Below, piece after piece: positions 41,063 to 56,473 of a stretch of DNA of 64,000 nt. The position numbers and the translations under genes were made by a program. The notes below the pieces were generated by a model. The model ran no database searches, was not told where the DNA came from, and saw only the letters and a program-made list of their open reading frames with translations. The stretch's first letter is position 1. Each line of letters begins with the position of its first letter. The DNA lies in the NCBI RefSeq assembly GCF_009914755.1, contig NC_060941.1; one strand, given 5' to 3'. This stretch comes from the human T2T-CHM13v2.0 reference genome, Homo sapiens.

Positions 41063-41329
41063 TCTCAGAATTGTTGAAAAATGCCAATTCTCAGATTTGG
41101 GGCAGTGGCCAAATAAATTAAAAAGCAACCTGTAAATGTCATTCTAAAATAAGTCAAAATTTAAAAAATAAACAATATGAAAATCGATGTAAAAGAAAGC
41201 AAAACATAAAATTATAGAAATAGATGAAAATATTAACTATTTTTAAAATATTAATGGTAAAATGCCTTAAAAAATTCCCTCTAAGAAAAAAAAAATTGCC
41301 AGTTGAGTTTCAAGCCTAAAGACAGTTTC

Positions 41330-41440
41330 ATGGCTGAAGACTATGAGACAGGCTAAGGTAAGAGAATTGCCTGAGCCCAGAAGGTTATGCCCAACGTTGG
41401 CAATCTAGCAAGACCCTGTCTCTAAAACAAACAAAAAAAT
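41330..41440 (+). mobile_element. FLAM/old Alu monomer fragment
   Basis: GAGCCCAGAAGG..GCAAGACCCTGTCTCTAAAACAAACAAAAAAA. Confidence 0.6.
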
Positions 41441-41867
41441 TATCAGACTAAATAAAAAAAAATCCAAATTTACGCTATTTAAAAAAACTTTCTAATGCTT
41501 AAAGATGATCAAAAGTAAAATAACTGAGAAATATCTCAGGTGAGTACTAATCACAAGAATCTTACTCTACGTAGGCTATTACCAGTAGAATAAACTTCAA
41601 GGTAAAACAATGAGAACAAACAAAAACAAAACCTGTAACTCAAGATCAAGACCAATACAGACTCAAAAAGTTTTAGTACATATTAGATATATTTGTTTTA
41701 AATTTACAGTAATAAAAGAGCTTAAAAATATACAAAGCAAAAATGATGGAACAAGGATAGCTATAAGTCAATGATAGACTAAATGCATATATAGTTCAAT
41801 ATATGTATAAAAATTTAAACAACAAAATTAATACGTTTAAGCTGAATAGAATACATAGAATGCAGCC

Positions 41868-42236
41868 TGTATTAGTCTGTTTTCACAATACTACAAAGAA
41901 CTATCTGAGATTGGGTAATTTATGAAGAAAAGAGGTTTAATTGACTCACAGTTTTGCATGGCTGGGGAGGCCTCAGGAAACCTACAATCATGGTGCAAGG
42001 CAAAGGGGAAGCAAGGCACATCTTCCCACAGAGGCAGGAGAAAGAGAAAGAGCGAAGGGGGACGTGCCACACTTCTAAACCATCAGATCTCCTGAGAACT
42101 CACTCACTATCAGGAGAACAGCAAAGGGCAAATCTCCCCCCATGGTCCAATCACCTTCCACGTGGTCCCTCCCTCAACACATGGGGATACAATTCGAGAT
42201 GAGATTTGGGTGGGGACACAGAGCCAAACCGTATCA
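41868..42236 (-). mobile_element. THE1 (C/D-type) MaLR solo LTR inserted in an old L1 fragment
   Basis: TGTATTAGTCTGTTTTCAC..GAGGTTTAATTGACTCACAG..GGGACACAGAGCCAAACCGTATCA, with 5-bp TSD CAGCC. Confidence 0.92.
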
Positions 42237-43153
42237 CAGCCCTTCCAAACTAAAGTATATATATTGTTTCAAAAACCCATGATATATTTGGATAAGTAAT
42301 CATGTGCTGGTCATATCTTATTAAAAAATTAGTATCATAGGCCTTATTATTCAGCCATATTCTTATCACTATAGACATTAGTAACAACAGTAAAATAACA
42401 TAAAAGACGCTTTGGACATAAAAATTTAATGAGCACATACGAAAATACTAATATAAATAAAATTCCTTAGAACTCAGTATGTAAATATTACTTCTTGAAA
42501 CTTGTAAAAGGCAGATAAAGCAGTACATATAAATTTGTATTACACAATATATGGTAATTAATTATAACAGATGGGATGAAAAAAATCATCATTACTAAGA
42601 TGTCAAATTCCCCAGATTAATCTGTCAAATTTTACTGTATTTGGTGGAATATCATTATGTCATATCTCATTAAATGTCAATGACTTTCAACAAGATAAGA
42701 AGTTCTTGTTGATAGATTGATCATCTCCCAATAGGCAGCCTTAGTACTCCAGTTTTTCTTAGTGACTCACTGGCTACTTATTTTGGGCTGGGGATTACTA
42801 TGATGGAGCTGTATGGCCCTGGAAAGAAACAGATGATTATTTGAAAAACATGGTAGCATTTTATCCTGTTGAGCATTTTTCCAATTGTAATCTTTTTATA
42901 TAATATTAAAACATAGCCTTTTCAAAAGTTAATTAATATACTAAAAGCCATTAAAATATCCTAATTTGGAAAATCAGACTAGTTTTAATTACCCATACAA
43001 TTCTAAGGTTTATGACCTCTGAAGTAATGTTCCACAACTGTTTTGTAATCAATCTGTAATTATTTTTGTGATGTCATAGGTACAGTAGCTGATCCCCCTC
43101 CAAAAAATAAACAGCTTTCAAAACATTTGTTATTATTTATCATTGTCTATGCA

Positions 43154-43327
43154 TGTATTCATTTTGTGCTGCTATAACGGAATACCTGAGACTATGTAAA
43201 TTATAAAGCACATAAATTTATTTCTCACCAGTCTACAGACCAGGAAATCCAAGGTGAAAGGGCTGGTAAAACTTTTAAGGGCCTTCTTGATGCATAATGC
43301 CATGGCAGAAAGCAAAAGGGTGAAGAA
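43154..43327 (-). mobile_element. MST/MLT1A LTR fragment
   Basis: GTGCTGCTATAACGGAATACCTGAGACT..AATTTATTTCTCAC..AAATCCAAGGTGAAAGGGCTGG. Confidence 0.7.
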
Positions 43328-43623
43328 AGCTGGGTGTGGTGGCTCACACCTGTAATCCCAGCACTTTGTGAGGCTGAGGTGGGTGGATCACAAGGTCAGG
43401 AGATCGAGATCATCCTGGCCAAAATGGTGAATCCCCGTCTCTACTAAAAATAGAAAAATTAACTGGGTGTGGTGGCACGTGCCTGTAATCCCAGAAACTT
43501 GGGAGGCTGAGGCAGGAGAATCACTTGAACCGGGGAGTCAGAGGTTGCAGTGAGCCGATATAGTGCCACTGCACTCCAGCCTGGCGACAGAGTGAGACTC
43601 CGTCTCAAAAAAAAAAAAAAAAC
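43328..43623 (+). mobile_element. AluSc
   Basis: AGCCTGGCGACAGA diagnostic. TSD AAAA(G/C)GGTGAAGAAA. Confidence 0.93.
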
Positions 43624-44613
43624 GGTGAAGAAAATAAATCCAAATTATTCTATGTGTCATATTAAGTCAGATCTATCCTACTGTCCATATGATAAAAGAG
43701 CTGTAAGTAAAATTAAATCTAAATAAAACATGGTTTAAATGAATTTGACATTTTATTTTTCTTAAGTGAAAGTATGCCAGTATATTTAGAACAGTTCCAT
43801 GAGTATAAAACCCTTACACTCTCCATAAAATTATATTCAACCACCATTTGACTGCAGTTTGTTGCTTCATAGTCTGAGAAAGGCTCTTCCACTTAAATAT
43901 TGCACCTATTTTCTAGACCTGGGAAAAATAGTACATGCCAGTCAATTAGGTATATTTAAAAGAGTATTCTAAAAATGCTTATCCAGCGCTTTTTGTTTAT
44001 ATTTCATTGGTATAACTATGTCTCCTAGCATTCTTGGCTACAATGGGCCCTGAGAGACACATTTTTTAAAGCTGGAAGATGGTTTTCTTTACAATAATTA
44101 TGGTTATTTTACAGAAGACAAAAATGCAACTTAGGCTATTATCTGTGAATGTCACATGAATCAAGTGCATTTATTTGCCATTGTTTATTTATTGGTATAG
44201 GTCCTAACCTTGTGACTTACTCCTCTATACCAAAGTGAGCAGTGAAGATGTTCTATACAAAATCTCTCCATGGGAAACATTTATATTCTTATCCTACTTT
44301 AGTAACATCCCTTTTTGGAATAAACACACTCTGCAGAATAAAACAGAAGCCCTGCTAGAACTTTTTTCTCTTTCCCTTAAAACAATTATAGTCAATTTTA
44401 AGAGACTATGATAGGGTTCTCTAAGTGGACTTGATGATGAAGGGCTACTAGTAATGCCTGTCTTTATACTTTGTGGATCAGATAATGTCATACTGACTGA
44501 GAGAAATAAATATTCTGGTTACATGGGTTCCATGATACTTACATTAGTACCAAAGGCTGTTTCTCGAAAATATCTAAAAAAGAATAGAGATTCCTTCAAA
44601 AATTTGATATACA

Positions 44614-44913
<300 letters not shown>

Positions 44914-45058
44914 TCCTATATACAATGTCTATACTCATTAATAAAATTCAAACTATTTCTAAACCATTGAATCACTTGCCCCAGCTACAAAGTCCCATAT
45001 GAAAGAATCAAATGGCCAAATTTAAAGCAGAGGAACTTGCCCTGGATTTTAAGAATGT

Positions 45059-45061
<3 letters not shown>

Positions 45062-45092
<31 letters not shown>

Positions 45093-45368
45093 AGATGGAG
45101 TCTCACTCTGTCACCCAGGCTGGAATGCAGTGGCACAGTCTTGGCTCACTGAAACCTCTGCCTCCCAGGTTGACACAATTCTCTGCCTCAGCCTCTCAAG
45201 TAGCTGGGATTAGAGGTGCCTGCCACCACGCCTGGCTAATTTTTGTATTTTTAGAAGAGATGGGGTTTCACCATTTTGTCCATGCTAGTCTTGAACTCCT
45301 GACCTCATAATCCACCCGCCTCTGCCTCCCAAAGTGCTGGGATTACAGGCATGAGCCACCGAGCCCAG
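45062..45368 (-). mobile_element. AluS
   Basis: Long poly-T followed by a full antisense dimer. Confidence 0.93.
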
Positions 45369-46644
45369 TGGAATTTTTCTAAAAATGACTTTCTTAACTC
45401 ACAATATATAAGTCCCTTAACCTCATAGGTAAGTCTTATTTTCCAGATATAAATGAAATTTCAATGTTGAAAAACAAAGGAGCATGACATACGCCAAGTA
45501 TACAAGAATAGCTATCGAATTCATTCAAGATGAAATTTAGAGCAGAATATTATATAATTATTTTAAATAAAAGTAAAGGATATGACTTAGGGTGGTGGCC
45601 CATGGTACTTGTTGAGTTGAGAGGTATTATTAACACTCTTCAACTGTGATCGATTTTTCAGTAGGTTAATGACCAGTTTGAAGTATTTGAAGAATTAATT
45701 TCTCTTTGTAGTCTACAAGGAAAAAATTCAAGTGAAAATATTCTCACTTGAATTTTTTCAAATATGTCAAGTTAAAACTAATTTCGTACATCCGGAAATG
45801 GAATCTGCTAAGATGGTTTACAAATATTGGTGGTAAAAATGTATGTGCATCAAAAAGTACATAATTGGAAAAATTTATAGTATGTGAAAATGCAAGGTAT
45901 ATAAAATCTTTTGTCATTCCCTATTACCAGCATATAGTTGAAAAAAAGTCTGAATCTCCTAATCACGTGAACTTCATTCATTCTTGTCTGTGTAACCATT
46001 GTCAATTCTATAAATATTTTTATGGAAAATTGAAGAATCCTAACCTACCTGCATAATAATTAGATCATTTAGCAGTGGTAACATTTTATACTAATTATTT
46101 GGACAGATCGACATGATTGAAATTTTTCTAAAGAAGAATCACCCCAATCACTTCATTGAAAGGCTTTGAAATTAGCTTTTAGTGTAAACATTTGTAGATA
46201 TTTATCAAAATTAATTCAAAAATTACAAAGCAAAATAGTGCTTATATGAAAATTGTTGACTACTATAATGTAATTTCAACAACTAAACAATAAATCATTT
46301 AGCAAAATGCCAATCTGCTATACATTCTCTCTGTGCTTTCATAAGCTATAACAAAAAGGTAGTTCTTCATTCCCATGCAAATTTGCAGTAAAATGTATTT
46401 TCTCTGAGTTCAAACTACAATTTCAGGACTGGTACTTGAAAATTGATGTAGCTATAAAAGAAAGTTTAATATTTCAAAGTGAATGTAATTATACAATTGA
46501 GAAACTCCTACCTCACCTTTAACTGGAAGTGACAACTCTTGCAATATAATAATATAATGATATGCTAAAAGGCAAATATCAAGGGAAGAATCTGGTAGAA
46601 TGCCTTCCAAATGTTTTGTGTGTTCAATTAAAATAATATGCTTA

Positions 46645-47016
<372 letters not shown>

Positions 47017-48653
47017 TCATTATAGATGAGTATTAACAGATAAGCATTTGCAATCAATTTTGATGATAGGTAAAATAAACCCTGAATCTCAATTAAGCAA
47101 AATGCTGTTTCCCAGTAAAGAATTCAATTGTTTTTATCAGTAGATTCATAAGTCTAATTATTATTTTTTTATTTTGGTCAACAAAAATATGGAAATGTGT
47201 CTTCTTGTTTGATATATAAGCAGACATATGATATCCTCAATTTTGCCTTTTGGCCAATGAAGCCTAAAACTTTTACTATCTGATATTTTACCAAAATAGT
47301 TTGCACCCTGCTTTGTCATTGACTGTTTGTCATAAATTATCAACTCAAGTGTTCTTGAGTAGAAAAGTTTTACCTATCTTCTACTTAGGTACAAGCCAGT
47401 GAGGCTCTGTAGAGTGCTTAACACCTTTGCTGATAACTTATACACTATCATTTCCACATTGCTCTTTGATCTTTCCTTTAAACATTCTTGTCATTCGTCC
47501 TTGCTTTAGAGCCTCTGCCCTAGATAATCTTTGTCTAAATCTCTTGTCTTCTAACGTCTGTCTCTTTCTCACCATTTAAATCTCATAAATAACATTAGCT
47601 CTTCAGAAAGACCTTCTCTAAGCACTATATACAATGCTGCCCATCCCACCAGACCCCATAAGTAATATCTCTAAATTTTCTTCAAAATATGTAACACTAT
47701 ATTAATAAATGTATTCATTTATTTGTATATTTATTAAAAGTTGGTCTCCCAGTTTTCTCTATGATAGTATTTTATAAGAAAACAATGATTTTTTTTCCAA
47801 TTAATGAATGACTTAATTAGATTATACTTTGTGACTGTAGGAACTATGACATAATCTTAGCACAGTGGTTAATACATATTTAATAATGCAAAATGGATCA
47901 TTAGTTAGATTCTACTTGTTGCTAAAAGTTTCTAGTCAGAAATAAAGGAACTAACACTTCTGTACTCATAAATTAATAAAAAGTCACTTTGAATTGACTC
48001 ATTACTTTTCATTTATCATGCACTCCTCTAATTTTCCTTCCAATTTGTTTTTTATTCTGACTTAATGCATTTTTTTAATCAATCCTGCTCAACAAATCAT
48101 ATATGTGATAGGAAGATAACAGGTTCTCACAGGTCCTGAGAATAACCTTGTACAAAAATAGATTTTTGATTTAAATTGCCTATTACCATAGAGTCAAAAT
48201 ATGCTTTTGTAAATCTATAATCTGACAAATAACTAGTAAGTTATTTGAACTTAACTAGTCAGTCCACTACAAGTAACACTATAACTGGTATTTTGCTTTT
48301 AATTTAGCTACCTCAGACTTGTCCTTATTTTTAATAATAACTATTTATCTAACCTGCCAAGACCATGACAAATGACCCCAGGGTATACTGTGATTGAATG
48401 TGAAATTTCTGCAGTGAGAAGAATCCCGCTAGGCAATGTTAAGAAAGACACCAGAAACCTCTGACCCTTCAGTTTAAGTCTAGTTGGTTTCCCATTAATC
48501 CAGAAGTCCTAAAATAAAGAAGAAATGTGCCACCTTTATACATGCAGACGCATACACAGGATATGCCAATAAATGGAGCATCTAGTATTGCGCATCAGAT
48601 GCAAAATTACTAGGGGGAAAAAAAAGCAAAGCACATGCTGCTTTTTAAAATAA

Positions 48654-48971
<318 letters not shown>

Positions 48972-49244
48972 TGTAGAATTATATTTTCAAAGATGCATGG
49001 GTATATGTCAACTCAATTAAAGAATAGAAAAATTATTTTCATAAATTATACACCTTTTAAAATGTGGTTTCCTCATTGATTTTTAAAGTAAAATATATTT
49101 GTACAAATGCATTTTTGTATGTTTTTTCTTTTTGATTCCCCAAATATATATACATTTTAGCTTTTTTATAATATATATTATAAAATATATATGTCATATA
49201 TATTTTATTTTATATACAGCTATAAATAATGAATTTATGTACAT

Positions 49245-49356
49245 TCAGCTTTATTGAGGTAGAATTGAAAAATAAAACTTGTACATATTTAAGGCTGAAA
49301 ATGTGAGGATTTATGTAGGTATACATTGTGAAGTGGTTATCACAAGCTAAGTAGCA
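49245..49356 (-). mobile_element. L1M 3'-terminal fragment followed by (TAGA)n
   Basis: CAGCTTTATTGAGGTAGAATTG..TACATATTTAAGG..TATACATTGTGAA. Confidence 0.6.
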
Positions 49357-49869
49357 TAGATAGATATAGATATAGATAGATATATATCTTAGAATATTTT
49401 TAAAATAAAATATTGGTATTTTCAAATGTTGATTTAGAGTATTAACTGGAGTTAGGCATTTCTGTTTTATTGTTTGTAAATTATTGGCCCCCTCCGCAAA
49501 ATTAAATCAGCTGAGACAAAACATGTAAAATTAAAATGAATTTGTGTTAGATAGAATTTTTGCATAATTGTATTTGAAACAAAACTTACACAATGTCTAA
49601 TTGCATTATAAGTGAAATAAGTATGTTAGTGATATAATATTGGCATGATGAAATGCACACAATCTGTGCTAATAGTCTTATATTTTGTTACATAAAATAA
49701 AATTATTAAGTAGTATCAACATTTGATTCTGATATTATGTATTAGATAAGACAGACACTCAGGAAAATGACATGTTTCAAGTTATATTTAAAATTAAATT
49801 TTATATATGGTTCTCTTAGAAGTTTTAGGAGATGCAGGACAGTTTATGAATTTTTGATTATAAAATTAA

Positions 49870-50050
49870 TTTCAGACAGCTTGGGATCAAAACTTATCAA
49901 GTACTAATTTATGATTTTAGGCAAATTACTTAACATTTTGTGCCACAGTTTCCTTATTTTGAAAATAACAATAATATTTATATTGTCTTTAGTAATATTG
50001 TGAAGAATAAATGAGTTAATTAATGTATAATACATAATAAGTACTATAAA
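49870..50050 (+). mobile_element. MIR
   Basis: TTAGGCAAATTACTTAAC..TGTGCCACAGTTTCCTTATTTTGAAAAT..TGTGAAGAATAAATGAG core. Confidence 0.7.
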
Positions 50051-52829
50051 ATTGTCAGGATTTTTTTTTTTTAGGTATTATCAGTTTAATTCAGTCATTG
50101 ACAATCTTTCCTAATTCAAGGTGCTAAGATTCATACACATTAAAAACCAATGTAATTATCAAATGATGTCTTCTAACTTGATTAAAAATTTTTGGCTTTA
50201 TTCTCTTGTGAGAAATAAATGCTGTAAACAAATGACAAACTTAGATGGTGGTTGGAATTACTATCAGCTCTGACAATGAGGCACAGAGCCAACTACACTG
50301 AGGAAAGCTGTCTGGATATAAAATAGGTTCAAACTAATAAAATGTAGAACCGCTAGAGACAATTTCTTGAAATAAATTATGAAGATACTCTTAATGACAT
50401 CCCCCCGTTAAAGATTATAATTAGTGAGAATGAAAAATACTAAGGTCCTTGTATACATGTATCAAAATATTGTTATGTACCCCAAAAATATGTGTAATTA
50501 TTGCATGTCAACTAAAACTATAATTAAAAAGCAGAAATACAAAAAAAATTCCGTAGAAAACTCAATAATGTTATACTGTCTTCAGGGTTTTATCTAAAAA
50601 AAATCCTTTTTACTATCTATATGTGTATCAAAATCATCATTATTTACATCTTATATATATATATACAATAATATTTTTAAACAAAGGTTCATGCTAATAA
50701 AATTAGAACTACCACAGAAAATTTCTTAAGATAAATTATAAAGATTATTTTGACTATGTCCTTTCCAACAAGGACTATGCTTAGTGAAAAAAAAAAATAC
50801 TGAGGACAATTACATTTTTCTTCTCTATATCCTGGCATATCCTCGCTGTTACTGAAGGCTGAAGTTAATAGGTTGGGGTCATCACCATTGCAATTCAGTT
50901 ATTAGTTTCATATCCCATAGAGTTACTAAAAAGTGTGTCATGTGGGAAAAAAATCAACAAAGACTATCTACAAATGTTGAGAATCTAAAAGTTGTCATCT
51001 TGAGAAGTCAGTGCTGTGAAAAAACAAAAGAAAATATTTATAGCATGTGGTTCTCAGTCAATTACAAACCACAAGATGTTAAAGGCATGCTGGTTTGCTA
51101 GGCTGGCAGTGTTGATCTGCCTTTAGGGATGAGCTGATGCAGATGTACATAGTAGTCATGACCAAGAGGACGTTCGTATTTATTCCCCTCAGCTTCACAA
51201 AACTTTAAACAGGCTTGTTCCTGCTTTAGGCCACTGACCTTCCTTTTTGTATACCATTTGATTTAGAACACTTGAAACTGTAAATTCTTTGTCTGTCCCT
51301 TTGATATATGAGTCCTAATATTAGGAAATGCAATTTTGCAGCCAAAAAATCTGAGTTTTTGAATTCTGTTGTATTTCCAAAACATATAAAGCAGCTGAAA
51401 TAGTCAAAACCATAAAGAATTTTAAAATCTGGGTTTAAATATGACACTGGATATTGATAATGACTATCTCTTAACTGCAAAGCCAGATCAGACATTAGCT
51501 CCAATTTAAGCAAAAATAAATTTCAGAAGTAAAATATACTTTGGACATGGCTTATTCAAATATCTGTATGTAAGGGAAGACAATTAGTCTCATAAACTTT
51601 CAGTTTTAAGTAAACTGGTGCACACTGTGCTTATTTAAAGTTTGTGATAATACTTATTGTGAATGATATTCACAGTATATCACGATTTCTGTGGACCATA
51701 TAATTCTTCAAAGAACAGTTAAATTTGAAGATGAATACCTGTGTCTAGCCACTATCACCTGGATATTTCTGCCTTGTTTACGCTAACAAGCTTCAAGGAA
51801 ATATCCTAATGAGATATCTTGCTGTGACAATCTGCTAGCTAAGCTACTCCGTGCAGACCAATGTCATTATTTTAAATATATGTACCCCTGCCTATGAATT
51901 CATGATTTCCATTTTACTTCTGTCTAATCAAGCTTATGTATATACCCATGAAAAAGGAACCCAGATGCCTCAAAATGATCTAATCCTGATTTCAGCTTTG
52001 CATTGTAAAACTTTTGCTTGGCTTTGCATTTGTAATTCAATTTGCTGATAAACACCTTGGACATCTTTTCTTTTAACAATGTGCAGCACTGATAGCTTTT
52101 GTCCATTCTCCTTTATTTGGTGCATTTAAAAAATTATGAGAAGTTCATTTACTTATATATCTCTACTACAAACAGATCAGCAAAGGAAAGGAAACATAGC
52201 ATATATTCTAACCTAATTTTAGCCAAAAATTCCTCATAAAGACTATCAGCATGTTTCTTATTTTAGCTTTAAAAAACTGTGATTTTAAAATAACTAACTT
52301 TCTGAGCATTTAGGATCTAGAGAAGAGTCAAAATATATATGACAAATAATTAATTTTGCCCAACATCTAAACTAGTGGTACTCAATTTTTTTGGCAGAAA
52401 CTCATACTAAGAAATGCAGTTTACATACCAATCTAGTTCACACATAAACATATCTACAATAACACTTCCCTAGAATATAGCAAAACTGGTTGTTTCATTT
52501 CGTGATAACTGGCTCTAACCAGTTAAAGCTGATAAGATGTCATGAATTTGAGTGACCTGAATGAACATTTATTTATTACAACAAACTAAGGAGTCTTTCC
52601 TGATGAATGGACAGTGCAGACGTATAAACTCATTTCACTTAATTTGGTGTTCTAGTTTCGGCTGTTAATTAGCATAACTATTATGAATTCCCTTTTTTTT
52701 AATCACTTAGGGAACCCTGATCGTATGCTGCAGAGACTTTGTAAATTTCTTAACTGTTGAGTGTTCCCTTGCCTGGCAAGTTAATAGACTCAGCAGCTTT
52801 GTAATTATTATTACAGGTAATAGTATGAT

Positions 52830-52865
52830 TAGTCGTAGTCATAGTCGTAGTCGTAGTCGTAGTCA
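52830..52865. repeat. (TAGTCG)n hexamer microsatellite, 6 copies
   Basis: Four TAGTCG and two TAGTCA units. Confidence 0.9.
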
Positions 52866-53137
52866 TAGTAGTACTTAGCCCTGGTCTTATTTTATCAGAC
52901 ATTTTAGGAGATCCACCAAAATTGCCTTGTCGGCCTCACTTAGTGGTGCTGGTGTTGCCAGCCTTAAGACCGGAAACAACATTCTTACCTGTGCCTTTTG
53001 GTCCTCTGTTTTGGTCTTCAGGTACAATTGCAGTGGTGACTAACTAAGATTTGATTGTTCTTGGAGACCCCCTTAAATTTATTACATTTACTGGGACGGT
53101 TTGAGGAGCTGTAGCTCTGAGTTACCACAGCTCATGA

Positions 53138-53437
<300 letters not shown>

Positions 53438-54289
53438 AATATGGTTTTGACCATCAGTCATCTGTCACTGAGCTTTCAGTCTTATTTTGTTTCTTATTTT
53501 TCGGTGATTGCTTGGGAAAAGAGAATCGGTTGCTCTCTTTTCTGGTGCTTTCCTAAGTCTGTCTTGTAGCTGTCATAGATAACGTTTCGGTCTGTTATGT
53601 GGTTAATATAGGAACTACAGTGTCAAACCGTTATTACCCTGTACCCTCACTCTCCTGTGGGGACTTTTTAATTTGACAACAGTCGGACTTTTAAATTGCT
53701 TTTAAAGTCTGTCATTATATATGCATAGTCCAGGAATATCTAGCCCAGGTCCACATAAAACTAAGTAGAAAAAAAACAATGAAACTGATTACAAAGTCTC
53801 TTAAATTTCATGGTAACTCTAATGCTAATTGGTTTACTGAAACTTATAAATAAATAATTTTAAAATAGCACAAAGTTCACAAGGATTTTTTAAAATTAAT
53901 TACTAATGCTTAAAATGTCTAGCTGGCTTCTTCTAAGAATAACTGCCTGGTTGTGTCTTTTATTATGGGAACAATATCTTTTTTTTCTTTTTAAAAAAAG
54001 GAAACTTTAGCTGCATTAAAGGTTAACACTTCGGTTACTTATCTCTTAGTTAAGAGAGAATAAAAAAGGCAAGTCATTCGGTGACTAAAAATTGTTCTAT
54101 ATTTGTAAAAAGGTATTAAATTTCTATAAATATAACTAATCAAAGTAAATCTTAAAAAATTAAATATTTTTTATGAAATAATTGTCACTTCAAATTTGCT
54201 GCAAATTGGATAAGGCTAAAGAAATATTGTAAAAAAGACATTTTTTTCTTACAATTTCTGGTATCTAATATGTTATCTTGTTCTTTTTA

Positions 54290-54895
54290 AGGCTTTATTG
54301 AGATATAATTGATATAAAAATAACTGGACATTTTAATGTATACATTTTGATGAATTACTGTCTTTTGTGTTTGCATGCTGCATGCTCACACATCTGAGTG
54401 AGTGTGTGGGCGTGGTGAAAGCACATAAAATGAAATCTATCCTCTTCAACTTTGGAGTGCTAAATGTTATATTGTTAACTATAAATATAATACTGTACAG
54501 CAGATCTCTAAAACTTTTTCATCTTGGGTAACCAAAACTTTATATCAATTGAGCAACAAGTCTCCATTTCCGTATTCACCCATTCCCTGGCAGCCACCAT
54601 TCTACTCTCTGCTTCTATGAGTTTGACTATTTTAGATATCCTGTGTAGACGGAATCATGCAACATATGTCTTTTTCTGACTGGCTTATTTCACTTTTCAT
54701 AATGTCCTCTACTTTCCTCCTTGTTTTCACAAAAGATAACATTTTCATCTTTTTAAATACTGAACAATATTCCATTGTTCGGTGACATATCACATCTTCT
54801 TTATCTTCTTTTTTGTCAGTGGACATTTAGGTTGTTTCTATATTTTGACCATTGTAAATAATGCTGTAGTATACATGGGAGAGCAGCTACCTCTC
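54290..54895 (-). mobile_element. L1MA/MB ORF2 C-terminus and 3' UTR
   Basis: ORF 54632-54826 (TMEYCSVFKK..EDIMKSEISQSEKD) is the L1 ORF2 C-terminus. Minus-strand AATAAA near 54294. Confidence 0.85.
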
Positions 54896-55025
54896 AGAGA
54901 TTACTTTGATTGTGCTGATGGTTTCACAGATGTATGCGTATTTTCAGACTCATCAAATTGTATACACTGAATATGTGAAGGCTTTTGTATATCAGTTACA
55001 CCTCAATAAAGGTGTTTAAAAAAAC
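54896..55025 (+). mobile_element. L1M 3'-terminal fragment (sense)
   Basis: TTGATTGTGCTGATGGTTTCACAG..CTCATCAAATTGTATACAC..CCTCAATAAAG plus an A tail. Confidence 0.75.
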
Positions 55026-56025
55026 AAATAATTTGTTTGATTCAACGCAGGTATAATTTGCTACACAAGTTAAGCTGTTGAGTTTGTCATACTTTTTCTA
55101 TTATTGTAATATTCTGCTAAAATTATTACAACTACAGTTTTCATAAGGTTCATCCAGAGAAGTTTATTTTCCCATCAGCCCAATATTAGCAAAATTGGTA
55201 ATTACTTCTTCAGGCTCAAACCTTCCAGCAACCAATTTTTTTAGCTAAAAAAATCTTTAGTTAAAATAAGCATCATTTTATAGCATATGACTGTTATTAC
55301 CTTATTTCTTATATGACATGAATATCATAGTTATAAAATATAATATTCTTTCTATAAAGCCAGATAGCTTAAAATATTGACAGTTGTTCCATATCACAGG
55401 AAATCACTAACAACATGTTTGCACTCAACTAATTAAGAAAAAAACGTCCTTGAACTGTTTGAACTAGTTACACTTGTCCTGCTGTGAATTTCAAATTATT
55501 TGGTTAAAACAACTCTCAATTTCCTCAGATAACTACAAAAACTATAGATTGTGCTCTTTATGACTTGCATATGTATGCACCGAGATATATTGTATCACAA
55601 TATTGATTGTGGAGATAAATAAGTCTACTATCTTAAAAGAGTTTATATGCTCTGTTGAAATTTTTGTAAGTCTATAATGGTAGTATTTCACATGATCTAC
55701 GTACATGCCTGTTGAAGTATAAAACTTTCAGGCTGTATCAGAGATATTTGTATCCACTGATTCCTGACAAGTTTTCTTTATTGGCCTTGATACTCCTATA
55801 TTTGAATGCTGCATTGAAGCTCTATGACAGAAGCAATCATAGCAAAGGAAGCCATATGTTGTCCCTGAGATACAGGTTCAACAAAATTTCTTGCACATTT
55901 TTTCTTGCAAGAGTACTGAAGAACAGAATCACTTTATTCACAATTCCAAAACAGAATTTACTTATCACAATATTTTCTATACTATTTAGTCTCCTGTTTT
56001 TATTTGGATAAATGCTCCAAGGTAA

Positions 56026-56473
56026 GTGTTGAGAGAAAAATTTTCACGTATGTTGCATGTTGCTGTTTGTCTCATATTAAGAGCCTTAGAAAATAGAAGG
56101 GATGTCTCCTTCCAGAGTGAAGGGTAGATATGCTTCCTACCCATTATAAGAGATCCACATTCCCTAAAGCTCAGCTTCTCTCTGAACACAACTCACTGTG
56201 TGTGCTGGCTTCTACCTGAGCCCATGTGTTTCTTCCCACCGGACTCTGGGGCAAGGGAAAGTAACCCATATGTATCTCCCCATTGGACTCTGGGGCAAGG
56301 GAAAGTGACAGGAATGTACATATGCTTTTACTGCTTTTGCAGCATTATCAGTAATAATGTCCTTTGTCTCTCACCTAGAAATATTTTATCTTCTCCCATT
56401 GTCCATGAAATTGTGGCAAGCTAACTTGTTAACTTGTAAGTAGATTAAATATTTAACCCTTTGAAATCCTTGA
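56026..56473 (+). mobile_element. ERVL-type solo LTR (MER77/MER68/MER21-related)
   Basis: 3' end CCATGAAATTGTGGCAAGCTAACTTGTTAACTTGTAAGTAG, plus an internal 44-bp tandem duplication. Confidence 0.65.
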
